47,054 bases of DNA from Chiloscyllium plagiosum (taxonomy: Eukaryota), in the NCBI RefSeq assembly GCF_004010195.1, contig NC_057728.1:44206569-44253622 (forward strand), in the 5' to 3' direction. Made by a program: the position numbers and the translations under genes. This document shows, piece by piece, positions 23,483 to 35,620 of this stretch. The notes beneath the pieces were generated by a model. The model made no database searches and had not been told where the DNA came from. It saw only the letters and a list, made by a program, of their open reading frames with translations. How positions within the stretch are numbered: the first letter of the stretch is position 1; each line of letters starts with the position of its first letter.

Positions 23483-24430
23483 GATAAGAATGTGTGATTT
23501 AGTGGCAGTAATCAGCCCATGAGCCTGTTCCACCATTTAATAAAATCAAGGCTCACCTGAATAGTCCAGAATCCCACCTATTGTTGAAAACCTTTCACCT
23601 CCTCACTTATCAAGAATATAATTACTTCTGCCTTAAAAATATTTAAAGACTCTGCTCCCATTGCCATTTGAGGAAGAGAGTTCCCATGACTCATAGCATC
23701 TTTACTAATAGCTTCTAACTAACATCCACACGAAGTTCGGCTAATTAGAGTGTAGTTTCCTGCTTTCTAACTCACTCCTTTTTTGGTATAAAGGTGCAAC
23801 ATTCACAACATTTTCCAATCTAAAGGAACCTTCTCTGAATCTATTGCACATTGGAAAATTAAAACCAGCCCATCAAATACCTCACAGGTCAGTTCTTTTT
23901 AGAGCCTTGGATGTATGGGATTGCAATCCTGCAGCTTCAACAATTTTCTCAGAACCAATTGCCAATAAATGTATTTTCTTCAGTTCCTTACTCCCTGTAC
24001 ATCCTTCTATTTCTCTCTTAGTTATATTTCTGAGATCTTATTTGTCTCCTCCAAAGTAATGATCAATGCAAAAGCTATCTGTTCAATTCTTCCACCATCT
24101 CCTTACTTTCCATCACTAATTCCTCAGATGTACTGTCTGTAAAATCAATACTCGCTTTCTTTTTAAATATTAAAAGAATCTCCTAATATCTGTTTTTATA
24201 TTTCTGGTGAGCTTTCTCCCATACTCTATTTTCCCTCCTGATTAATCTTTTAATCAATCTTTGTTGTTTCTTATCATTTGTCCCATTTTCTGACTTGCTT
24301 CCCATGTTGCACAACTGTATGCTTTTCCTTTAACTCTGATGCTTTTTTTTTAGCTAATCATCAATGGAAGATCATTCCCTTGGAATTTTATTTCCAGTTG
24401 GAATGTATCTATCTGTGCATTCTGAAATAC
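23483..24430 (-). mobile_element. Decayed CR1 LINE, internally deleted
   Basis: The 3' end (23483-23693) is joined directly to pre-RT sequence; minus strand gaaagcaggaaactacactctaattagc reads KAGNYTLIS (NYRPIS-like). Confidence 0.72.
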
Positions 24431-24436
24431 TTACCT

Positions 24437-25434
24437 TAGAGTGACCATGCTACTCAGTGCTGAGGCCTCAACTTTTTATAATTTATATAAATGACTTGAG
24501 TGAAATGACTAAAGATCCGGTTGCTAAATTTGCTGTTGACACAAAGATTGGCAGAAAACTAAGCTATAAAGAGAATATGAGGAAGCTACAGGAGGATACA
24601 GATGGGTTACATATGTAGGCAAAGATCTGACAAATGGAGCATCATTTAGGGAAATATAAAATTGTCCATGTCGGTAGGAATGTTTTCTGGCACATAAAGA
24701 TATTATCCACATGTTGAGAGATTGTAGAGCTTTGAGAGGGATTTAGGTGTTCTAGTTCATGAATCTTGGAACGTTAGTATGCACGTACAGCAAATATTTA
24801 GGAAAACTAAAAGAATATTAATTGCAAGGAGAATTGAATACAAAAGAAGGGATGTTATGTTTCATTAATAAAGGGAACTTGCAAAACCACATTTGGAGTG
24901 CTTTGTACAGTATTGAGTTACCTTATTTAGGATATATATAAATACATTGCAAGCAGTTCAGAGGTTTATTAGACTAATACTTGGAATGGGTAGATTGTCG
25001 TCTGAGGACAGGCTAGACTTATATCTGCTAGGCTTTAGAAGAGTAAGAGGTCACTGGATTGAATTATATAAGATCCTTTGGGGACTTGACAGGGTGAGCA
25101 TGGAAAAGACCTTTCCAGTCTTGAGAGAATCTAGAGCTGTGGACAAAATTTAAAAACAATGGATCACCTATATAAGACAGAGATGAGGAAAAGTTTTTGC
25201 TCTCAGAGCTGAATCTTTGGAAGTCTCTTCTTCGAAAGGTAGTTGAAGCAGCACCTTTGAATGTTTTAAGGTAGAAGTAGATAGATTTTTGATAAGCAAA
25301 GGAGTGCAAGATTATTCAGAATTACTAGAAATGTGGAGTTGAGTTTACAATCCAATCAGCCATGGTCTTAATATATAATGGAGTAGATTCAAGCAGTAAA
25401 TGATCCACTCCTGCTCCTAACGTATTTGTATGGT
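24437..25434 (+). mobile_element. Decayed CR1 LINE (RT core to 3' end)
   Basis: SVLRPQLFIIYINDL, AKFAVDTKIG, AVQRFIRLILGM and LYKILWGLDRV motifs, followed by a CR1 3' UTR. Confidence 0.85.
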
Positions 25435-26925
25435 CCCTAACAACATTCTGGCAACAATATTGAAGACGTGCTCCAGAGCTTGTCACACCCCTATGAATAC
25501 TGTTCCAGTATGGCTAAAACACTGGCACCTATCTAACAAAGTAGAAAATTGATCAGGTGTACCTGATACACAAAAAACAAGATAAATCCAAACTGGCTAA
25601 TTACTGCCCTGTCTGTCTATTCTTGATCATCAGTAAGGTGATGGAAGGTGTTATCAACAGTGCTATCAAGCAGCTCTTGTTTAGGAATAACCTATTCACT
25701 TGTGTTCAGTTTAGATTCCCATCAGGTGACTCAGCACCTGACCTAATTAAGGCTTTTAGTTAAAAAAACAGACTGAAGAACTAAATTCCAGAGGTGAGGT
25801 GAGATAACTGCAGTTGACAATAAGGCCATATTTGACAGAGAGTGAGCCCTAGAAAAATGGGAATCCATGGGAATCAGGGACAAGACTCTCCACCAACTAG
25901 AGCCATAAGTAGCATGAAGGAAGATGGGATTATGATTGTTAAAGGTTAGTCCAGGATATCTCTCTGCCAGTTCCTCAAAGCAGTCCCCTAGTCCCAACAA
26001 GTTGCTTCATCAATGATCTTCCTTCTTTTGTAAGGTTATAAGTGGAGATGTTTGTTGATGATTGCACAATGTTCAGCACCATTTGCAACTCCTCAGATAC
26101 CAAAGCAGTCCAGTCCAAATGTCCTCAAGAGCTGGGCGTATCCATGCTTGAGCTGACAAGTGGATAGCAACATTCCTGCTGCGCAAGTGTGAGGCAATGG
26201 CCATCTCAACAAGAGCGATTTTAACCATCAGCCCTTGACATTCAAGGACATTACCATCACTGAATCCCCTGCTATCAACAAAGGGGGGAGGGGGGTTCCT
26301 ACTGGCCAGAAACTGAAATGAACGAACCTTATAAATGCTATGGCTGCAAGAGCAAGTCATGAGTAGGAGGCCTGCAGTGGGTAGTTCACCTGACTCCCTA
26401 AGCCTATTCAACACCTACAAGGCACAAGTCAGAAGTGCAATGGAATGTTACCCATTTGTCTGGATGGGACCGAGTCCAACAACACTCAGGAAACTTGACA
26501 CCATTCAAGAGAAAACCCCCCATCATATCCACAAACATTTAGTCACTCCAGTACTGACAATTGCTAGCAGCAAGGTGTGTCAGCTACAAGATGCACTGCA
26601 ACAACTCACCAAGGCTCCTTAGCACTTCCAAACCCATGATCACTGGCATCTAGAAGAATGACAGCAGCAGATACATGGGAACACCTCCACCTACAAGTTT
26701 CTTTCCAAGCCACATACCATTCCAACATGGAAATATATTGCTGTTCCTTCAACGTCACTGGGTCAAAGTATTGGAACTCACTCCTTAACGCATTGTGGGT
26801 GTACCTTAACCAAATAACATGCATTGTTTCCAGAAGCAGATCACCACCATCCTCTCAAGGGCTATTGGGGATGGGCAATAAATGCTAGCCTGTCCAGTGA
26901 CATCCACATCCCATGAATGAATAAC
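25435..26925 (+). mobile_element. Decayed L2-like (CR1/L2 group) LINE, RT to 3' end
   Basis: HKKQDKSKLANYCPVCLFLIISKVMEGVIN, FINDL, MFVDDCT and YKAQVRSAMECY motifs. The 3' tail ggatgggcaataaatgctagcc...cacatcccatgaatgaataa is shared with the SINE family. Confidence 0.85.
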
Positions 26926-28310
26926 AAAGTCCATAATGCTGACTGGTGGTATGTCAAGTGCAGTGGGGATCAAGAGAGTCACAATGACAGTGAAGGGAAA
27001 TGGCCCAGAGGCAGAACAACAGTTCCCCTCCACCCAGTACACTAATGTGTTTTCTTGTATATAAGAAGCACTGTACAGATGTAAAGTGTTATTTTATTCA
27101 TTTTCATAATTATGCAATTGATATAAAGAAGTCATTTTAATTGGTTTAAAATGCAAAGTAATTCCAGCATTTATTATATATGCGATGTGAATTCCAATTT
27201 GTTTAGACCAGTAGGCTAATGTAGGTTAGGAATCCCTAAAGTACTGAAAGCTAACAGAACCGATGCTTGAAAGCTAGTTTAAGTGGAAGAAACATATGGT
27301 TTCCAAGTTCTTGCATGTGAGTTCATGAAGATATGCAGGTCTTGTAATTATATGATTAAATTAAATAAGCATTGCTCCAAAACCACAAATAAAAGTGTAC
27401 ATCTATCTGGATGCCACATATTTCATGAGCTGACAGGTTTGGGAGTCCAGTAATTTGTGCTCAAAGACCTGAGTTCTGCTGTTACATGTTTAGGCAATGA
27501 ACTGAGAAAAGGGTACCAGAGACAAACTATGTTTATTTAGTAAGTTGATTAGTGTACTTTACACACCAACAGCTCTCCAGCTTCCTGCCATAAAGCTGCT
27601 GCCAGGAAGTACGCTCTTCATTAGATGCCGTCAGGTGCAGTGGATTTATGGACTTTTCAACCCCAACATGGCAATGCTGCTGAAAGACTGTATGTTTTGG
27701 AATGAATTGATTGTGGAAAAGCACCCAGACTGTTTTAGGAATCAATGCAATCAAGTTCTAGTGATCATGCAGATTAACTAGCAGGTTTTTGTCTGTGCAA
27801 AAAACAAAATCAGCATTAACCTTTTGTAATGAAGTGTGTTAGGATCATTTCCTCAAATCAAGTATTGCATATTGGTCCCTTACATATGTATAAGTCTCAT
27901 TATGGGTCTTACTTCAAAATTATATGTGTATTTGATAATGTATCCTGCAGTCTCAGTGATGCTCAAAAAAATTAACTGATTGAGCAGGACAAACTACAAT
28001 CATTTAGCTGGAGGCTGCAAGTTTCATTAACTCCAGGAGAGAAAGAATTTTACATTGAATTGGACCTAGGTTGGCAGTACACCCATCTTGCAACAACTTC
28101 CCTCCTCATTTCAAAGGCAAGCATTTCTGGTAAAATTGTACTGACATTATGAATGTCTCACTATAAGCAGTGAAATCATATTAAAAAATCTCTAGCTCCT
28201 TTTTTTTCAAATTTTCTGTTAAAAACTAAATGAAGAGACTGGCTTTATCAAATGATTGAATATCAGGGGCATATGCTGAGAGGATTGACCCTATAATGTC
28301 TCTGCTGAGA

Positions 28311-28737
28311 ATGGTTGCAGTGTGGTTGCATTACTGGACTAGTATTCAAATACCAGACGAATGATTTGGAGAGAAGAATTTAAATCCTACTATGGAAATT
28401 AGAAAGTTGAAATTTTATTCAGTAAAATCAATGGAAGTTGAAAGTGAGGCATGCAACAAGAACAGTGATTATTAAACAACCAGATTGTTGTTGAAACCGT
28501 CAGATTCACTAATGTCATCGAGGAATGCCTTCTGCAATTCTTACCCTGGCTAGCATCTATGTGACTACAGACCAATTGCAATATGGTTGACTCTAAAACT
28601 TTTGATTGTTCATTAAAATGACTAAGCAAGCCACACAGTTGTATGTAAGAAGGCAGATCACCCCCATCTTCTCAAGGGAAATTAAAAATGGGATTTTAGA
28701 ATTACCAATGATGCCACATCCCATCAATGAATAAAAA
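28311..28737 (+). mobile_element. Degenerate tRNA-derived SINE with L2-like tail
   Basis: Head ttactggactagta, core ttcactaatgtc...ctatgtgactacagacc, and tail ccacatcccatcaatgaataaaa. Confidence 0.75.
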
Positions 28738-28994
28738 TGTGACAAAACTGATGACTTGTCCGACCCTTGACAGATAGCAAAAACCTTTATAAGCACATAA
28801 ATAAATAAATAAAATAATAAATAAAAACCTTTATAAGAACATAACTAAAAGAGATTAGCTGAGCTGAATATTGCTGAAGTTTGGGATTAAAAATTGGAAC
28901 ATTGAAATTTCAAGAGACATTACATCAATGATTTGCCTTGGTTATCGTGGTGGAAGGCACTGAAACTATCTCAATAGTACCAGGTAATGGACAG

Positions 28995-30240
28995 ATTATG
29001 AAAAGAAGGAACTTAAAGCAACCTCTATTGCCAGAGAAAACGTATTGAGCAAACTATTGAGATTAAAGGCAAACAAGTCACCAGGCCTGATGGCCTACAT
29101 CCCAAGGTCTAAGGGGAAGTGGCAACATAAAAAAACTGATTACAACATTCCAAAATTCCCTGAATTCAAGAAGGTTTCCAGTAGAATTGTAAAATGCTAA
29201 AGTTACACCCTCGTTCCAAAAGGGAGGGAGGTAGAAAGTAAAAAGCTATAGACTAGATAGCTTAACATCTGTCATTGGGAAATTGTTGGAATTCATTAAG
29301 AAGGATGTGTTCCCTTGCCATTCGGAATGTCCAAATGCAATCCATCAAAGTCAGCATGGTTTTATGAAGGATTAATCTAATCTTCTTGAGTTCTTCAAAG
29401 ATATAGTGAGTAAAGTGGATACAGAGGGTCATTTTGATATAGTATACCTGGACTCCAGAAGGTATCTGATAAGGTGCCACACAAAAAGTTAAGTCAAAAG
29501 ATATGTTTACATTGGATTAGAGTAATATATTAGCTTGGATACAGGATTGACTAATCAATAGAAGGTAGAGTCAGGATAAATGGCTCTTTTTGCAGATGGC
29601 AAGCTGGAACCAGTGGGGTGCTACAGAGTTTAGTTCTCATACACCAACTATATATAATGCATATTAATGATACAGGGACAGAATGTACTAACACCAAATT
29701 TGCTGGTGACACTAAAATAGATGGGAAAGCAAGTTACAATAAAGAAGTAAGATGTTTACAAATGAATATGGATAATTTAGGTGGATGGGCCAAAATTTGG
29801 CAGATGCAGTTTAATGTGGATAAGTGTGTGGTTATCCAGTTTGGTCAGAAAATTATCTAAATGGAGAGAAACTTCAGATTACTTTGGTGCAGAGTGATTT
29901 GGGTGTTCTTGTGCATGAATTGCAGAAAACTAAAAACAGGAACAAGATCTAATAAAGAGGGCAAATAGAATTTGGCATTTATGCTAATGAAATAGAATAT
30001 AAAAGTAGGGTATCTATGCAAGACGCTGTTGAAACCACATCTGGAGTACTATGTACAGTTTGGTCCCCTTCTTTGAGGAAAGATGTAAATGCATTGGAGC
30101 CAATCAGAGAAGTTTCACTTGATTAATTCCAAAAGTGAAAGGCTTGTCTTGTGAAGAAAGATTGAACAATTTAAGTCTCTCCTCATTTGAATTTAGAAGA
30201 ATGAGAGATTTTTTGAGGTATATAACATGTTAAAGATGCT
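28995..30240 (+). mobile_element. Decayed CR1 LINE RT region
   Basis: KSPGPDGLHPKV, SLTSVIGKLL, QHGFMK, DKVPH, KFAGDTKI and WQMQFNVDKC motifs, with stops and frameshifts. Confidence 0.88.
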
Positions 30241-30638
30241 GAAATAAGTATTGAATTATTTGTCAGTTTTTCCAAGGGTAGATGTAATAGAGTAGGTAAT
30301 GTGAAAAGTAAATCAAACCTTTGGGCATAAGAAATATAGGTTAGACTTGGAAAAAATACATAGCTCTGGGAAGACCACACTGTTGTACTGGCTTTGCTAT
30401 TGATTGGCTCCTACTTTTAATAAAAATTCTTATTTTTTTTGCATCAGCGAGACTATTTTATTCTTGAATAAAATCTAAAATCTTGAGAGAGCTAAAGATT
30501 TTTGACTGCCCCCACAGTTTCCTAGATTATTAAATATTGGGTGAGTAAAGGTTTATATTATCTCATGGGCATGAGCTCACTCAAGACAGAGATTACCTTT
30601 TTAATTGGAGAATCCCTTTCAAAAGAGTTAGTAATCAC

Positions 30639-30741
30639 AGTTTCTGAAGGAGAGTCATAATGGACTTGAAATGTTAACTCTGTTTCTCTCTCCATAGAAG
30701 CTGCCAGACCTGCTGAGTCTCTTCAGCACTTTCTATTTTAA
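30639..30741 (+). mobile_element. Penelope-type pLTR fragment with a decayed hammerhead motif
   Basis: gttt-CTGAAGG-A-GAGTC-ataatg-GACTT-GAAA-TG-TT-AAC followed by the same arm sequence seen at 20816-20870. Confidence 0.6.
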
Positions 30742-30849
30742 TATTAGTAATCATGGATCTTCCTCCACATCTAGATTATGTTAGGTAACACTCATAATAC
30801 CTGGTGAACTTGTATTTTGCCAACTTTTCTTTGAGTTTAAATGCAATGC

Positions 30850-32560
30850 TTAAGTTTCTTTTCTGTCTGCCATTGACCTCCCTGGCTTGGGCATCTGTAT
30901 TGGTGGGTTCAACTTTGCCTCAGTGCTTACATCTGGTTCATCTGCTGCTGTGTCATTATCACCATGTTTCTTTTGAACACATGAAGAATTTCTGTCTTGC
31001 AGAACTCCCTTGGCAATCACACAGTTTTCATTTCCCTCCATGGCAATGATTGCATAAGCCTTGTGGTAAAGTGATGTATCCACCTTACTCAGGCTCCACC
31101 ATGCAATATTCAGCAATACCATGACTCAACATTACATCAGTCTATCTAGCTGTCCTTCTGCGATCTGCATAAAATTTTGCAGGACACTTTTACTCAATAG
31201 TTTGATCCTGAACATCTTGATCAACATTGATGTCCTTCAGTTTGGGCACCTTGTTCAATATTTTGCATCCAAATGGCACTCAGGTGCACAATTCCTCTTC
31301 ATAGTATATAATGTTTCTCATATGCCACAAATGTCAAGAATGCTTCCTTTACTCGTTGACCTCAGCCTGAGCAATCCTTATCTATTTGTCCTATGATTGT
31401 TCTTTTCAAGCCACTTTCTTGTGGTTGTTAAGGGGTTACTTTGTGTTGGTGAATGTCTGTGACTTGATTAAAATCAGAGCGAGTCTGCAAAGTAAGTTGG
31501 GGCCTATTATCTGAATGCAGAACATCAGATAGACCATGCTTTGCAAACATTTCAGTTAACAGAAATACTCTTTTTTATGCCACTCAATACCACATACTTA
31601 TAATAAAAACTCTAATGTAGTCATGCATCAACATTGATATTGACTCTCCAGGTGGAAGTGGGCCTAAGAGCACAACAGCTCTATCAAGCTATTGTCCAGC
31701 TGAGTATTGGTTCTGGTGGATTGGATTTGTTGATAAGCTGGTCTTGGGACATGTTTTGATAAATTGCTCCCCACCTTGCTTTGTCCCTGGCTACTATATT
31801 ATGGCTTGTAAGTTTTGCTTAGCACCAACCATTTCCAAGTAACAGTCATGAGCTGGCATCGCCAGTCTAGGTCTGTTGCCTCTGAGAACACACTTCGCAA
31901 TTATACACAGGACATCCTGTATTGCAATGTTCACTTTGAACAGGCAGTTGTCCCAATTCCCAACTCGGATTCTTTGTCCAATGTCATCCAATTCTGGATC
32001 TTTGTCTGACTCTCTTTCAATCTTTCCAGTTGTAATTGCTGTGGGTGTAGTTTGAATTACCGCAAACCGCATGAATGTTTCAGCTTCCTTCTCCAGTGAA
32101 GATCTGTGTTTTTGATCCTTTCTCAGTAGTTGTGGCAGAGGATCAGGAATGTGCATTTTTCCAGCAATGTGAACCACTTTGTAGTTGTACTGCTGGAGTC
32201 TCAAAACCCATCTTTTAATTCAGGCACATGGTTTAGATCTGGGAGAATAAATCATCTCTAATTTCTTGTGATCTATCACTGATTCAAACTTGATGTCAAA
32301 CAAGTATGCATGGAATGTTTCATGGGTCCATAGCAATTCTGTGGATGTTTTTTGTCTGAGAATATTGTCTCTCCACATGTGACAGAGGACTGATTATAGA
32401 GGTAATGATTCTCAGGCTTTCAACATCTATTTGCACCAGCACTACTCCCAGAACTACTGGACGAGTGTCTACTAAAACACTTGTTGTTACATTGGATGGT
32501 AGTATTCCAAGGTTCAAACAATATCTAGCCGTTGTTCAAAGTTGTCTTTTTGTGCTTCAC
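30850..32560 (-). mobile_element. Gypsy LTR-retrotransposon pol remnant A (RNase H to integrase)
   Basis: Minus strand: RWVLRLQQYNYKVVHIAGKMHIPDPL (RNase H end), AHDCYLEMVGAKQNL (integrase zinc-binding region), LLGPLP and SDNRPQ (SDNGPQF-like core). Confidence 0.8.
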
Positions 32561-32585
32561 CAAATCTGACTAATTAATTCGTTCT

Positions 32586-32963
32586 GCTAACGATCCATGA
32601 ACACCAACTAGCCACAAAATGACGACCAGCTACCCTTAGTAGCCACACACGCAGATGACAAGCAACATGAGTTCGACTAGGACAACACTACTACTATAGG
32701 ACAAGCCAAACAGAGAACAGCCAGGGAATTCCTAGAGGCATGGCACTCAACCACAGATTCTTTCAACAAACACATTGACCTGGACCCAATATACCGGCCA
32801 CTGCAGCGGACAGCTGGAACTGACACCCGGAAGCGGCAGAGACAAACCACTATAAATGCCAGAGGAAACAACACAGAAGCGCTTCACAGGAGGCTCCCAA
32901 GCACTGAGGATGTCACATAGCCAGGGGACACAAATTCCCAGCTCGGCAAACAGAATCACAACA
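32586..32963 (+). mobile_element. Second 5'-truncated Penelope-like copy (same family as 5179-5680)
   Basis: Clear sequence similarity to the reverse complement of 5185-5585 (HEHQLAT...TAREFLEAWHS...HIDLDPIYRPLQR). In-frame stops are present. Confidence 0.9.
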
Positions 32964-32969
32964 GTGGCA

Positions 32970-35260
32970 ACATTCTCTCATTGCAATTTTTATTCATCTG
33001 TCACAAAAGGGTCACATAGAATCTTTTGTAGTCTAAACTGATTTAAAAATTTAGCATTCAAGCCGGCATTTTGATCGCTTGAGGATGCAATATATCTGAT
33101 CTGTTAGTGACTGTTTTACCTGTACAGAATATTGCTTCCTTGTTGCATCATCTCATTGTTTAGAATGACGTGACACTGTAGTGTTGAGACGAAGCTGCTC
33201 CTTTAACAAGGTTATGTTGTCCTTGGTTTTTCTTTTCAGAGAGATCATAAATGACACAGACTCCAAAAAGTCTAAGTTGAAGGGTTTTAGGGGCAGTTTG
33301 ATTGTAGCTATCAGATACTGCCTCAGGCAACAGGCTTTGTAGTTTTTGAAAAGAAACACTTGCACAATGGCCAGTTCTGCCAGCTCAGCTTTTTCCTGGT
33401 TTGGTTTGGTGTTAGCACAGTAGAGTTCTGAAGCTGCTGGACCCAAGAGAAGCAGGTCTATGCTGACCCTCTTTCTCTGACTTCTCTCCTGTAAGACCCT
33501 GCGTTTGATTTTACCTTTTGTGCCGAGGTGTGTTTATGGGGATTGTTGCAAGTATTTGGAATAGCATCATTAAGTCGGGATGATCTGTTGGGTTTTCGGA
33601 TAAGTTGTTCAGTATTCTGTTCTCTTTTGTTTGTGTTTCATTTGGTAATCTTGTAAATAAATTCTGTTTTGTTTGAAACTAAGTGGCTTGACCAATTGCA
33701 TCTGGAATATCCACCTTCCACCTGCTTACAACAACAATGAAAAAAGTTAGGATCTAGGCCACTTGCTTTAAATATTTTGAGAAGGTCTGGCCTGGTCCAT
33801 AACTGAGTTTCTTCAATCAGATGGTTTTGATCACAAATCCACCTTGACTCTCTCAATTGGAGATCTGCTTGGTTACATGCTCCGTGAGATATAATTCCAC
33901 ATTTGACTAATGTGGTACCATGCTGCTTTCTGCCTTACTTTGTCCAAATCCTCTACTTACAGAAGCTGTGTGAGTTGTACAGAGAGTGGGGAGTTGTGTT
34001 CTTAGCTTCCTTCCAATTAAGAGTTCACAGAGAACCAAACATTCCTTGAGTGTTTTCTCTTGCTTTTTGTAAACCAATTCTGACACTGAAGGCATCCACA
34101 ACCCAACAGACTGTGTAGATTCATATTTATCTCTTAGGTTTTGGTTTTGGGACCAGCCATGAATGCCAGCTTGTTAGTTTTGTCACCAGTATAACAACTT
34201 TTTTACTTAACATTGAGTCAATTTCCAGCTTTTCCTTTGGCAAGAATGAGTGAGGAACTATTCTGGATGTAAACAGAAATACTGGCTTCACTTCAGGACA
34301 CAGAATTGTGTTATAAGTTGATTTCAGCTTTTCCAGTCCGATGAACAATTATGGAAATTCTGCTCTAAAATTTTTAGTTTGACCCTTTCAGCTTTCCAGT
34401 TCCTCCATTCTCCACATAGCTGTGTCAGTACAAGCTTTTTTGTTTAAATGTGAACAATCCTAGCTCCATATCATATAAAAGGTTTTGTTGACTAATTTTT
34501 AATTTTGTTTATGCATGGAATTCATTAATTTGTTCTATGACCTCAAGCATTCAGCCTCTTGCTTTTTGTGGTTATATTTGCAACGGCTGAAGAGAATCTT
34601 CATTCAAGGACAGTTCAGCATCCAAAATAACTAAAACCAATTCACCATTATCTAAAATAAAGCTTGTCTTATGTCTCTTGACAGAGATTTAAATCCAGCA
34701 ATAACTTTCATTCAATCATTTGACCTTGCCTAGGAATGGTGTCTCTGCCTCACTGATATCTTTTATTTCTTGGTTCTTGCAATCACATAAGTTTTTGTCT
34801 CTCGGCTTGTTTTGTATAAGCTTTCTACAATGGCACACTGATGTAATATGACCTTTCTATTTGCAAACATAGTTCTCTTTTCATTTATGGGGACAATTTT
34901 TTCATATTGATGCTTTTTCTCACCAAGCCAGTAGCCGTTCGCTCAGGGAGTTGGTCCAAGCTCTTCATGCAACCCTTTTTTAGTAGAGCCACGGTTTCAC
35001 TTTTAAACAGAAACTAAAGTGAGTTGGTCATTGATTGTAAATTATTCTCCCTGCCGCCTCAAATCATGGAACCATTTGGCTTTCTGACCTTCGCCTACCT
35101 GCTCCAATGAAAGGCTTTTGCTCTTCTCATCTCATCCCTCCACTGCAAGAACTCCAACAAAGTTTCATTCAAGATTCCACAACATTATTTTTCATTATTG
35201 ATTCTTCTCTTAAGGTTCCATATTCATAATTTTGATCAACCTAGTATGCATCATTGACAA
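32970..35260 (-). mobile_element. Gypsy remnant B (gag, protease, RT start, integrase tail), interrupted by a solo LTR
   Basis: Minus strand: zinc knuckle CK*KGHITSVC (about 34835-34865), FILDNG (decayed protease DTG, about 34650), SRIVPHSFLPKEKLEIDSML..SWHSWLVPKPKP (RT N-terminus) and ELLIGRKLRTQLP (integrase C-terminus). Confidence 0.75.
33177..33804 (+). mobile_element. Solo LTR (~630 bp)
   Basis: Starts TGTAGTG and ends CATAAC(T), an imperfect TG...CA inverted terminus. Internal AATAAA at 33656. Resembles a common shark Gypsy LTR. No TSD recognised. Confidence 0.6.
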
Positions 35261-35319
35261 ATATATCAATTTTTTTCTCTTGGTTTCTGGGTATATTTAT
35301 TAAATTTTTGTTGGCTTGA

Positions 35320-35620
35320 GGGGCGGCACAGTGGCTCAGTGGTTAGCACTGCTGCCTCACACCACCAGGGTTTGAGGTTCAATTCCAGTCTCAGGTGACT
35401 GCCTATGTGGAGTTTGCACATTCTCCCTGTGTCTGCATGGGTTTGCTCTGGTTTCCTCCCACAGTCCAAAAGATGTGCTGGCCAGGTGAATTGGCCAAGC
35501 TAAATTGCCCATAGTGATATGTGCATTAGTCAGAAGGAAGTGGGTCTAGGTGGGTTACTCTTTGGAGGGGTAGGTTGGGCTGAAGGGCTTGTTTCTGCAC
35601 TGTAGGGAATCTAATCTAAT
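35320..35620 (+). mobile_element. Full-length HE1-like V-SINE
   Basis: Head ggggcggcacagtggctcagtggttagcactgctgcctcac, B box ggttcaattcc, V-domain, and aatctaatctaat tail. Confidence 0.92.

Noticed and set aside
35320..35395. tRNA gene (also at 5111, 36710, 7158 and 20407)
   Set aside because: The A/B boxes continue into SINE bodies and LINE-derived tails, and there is no intact cloverleaf.
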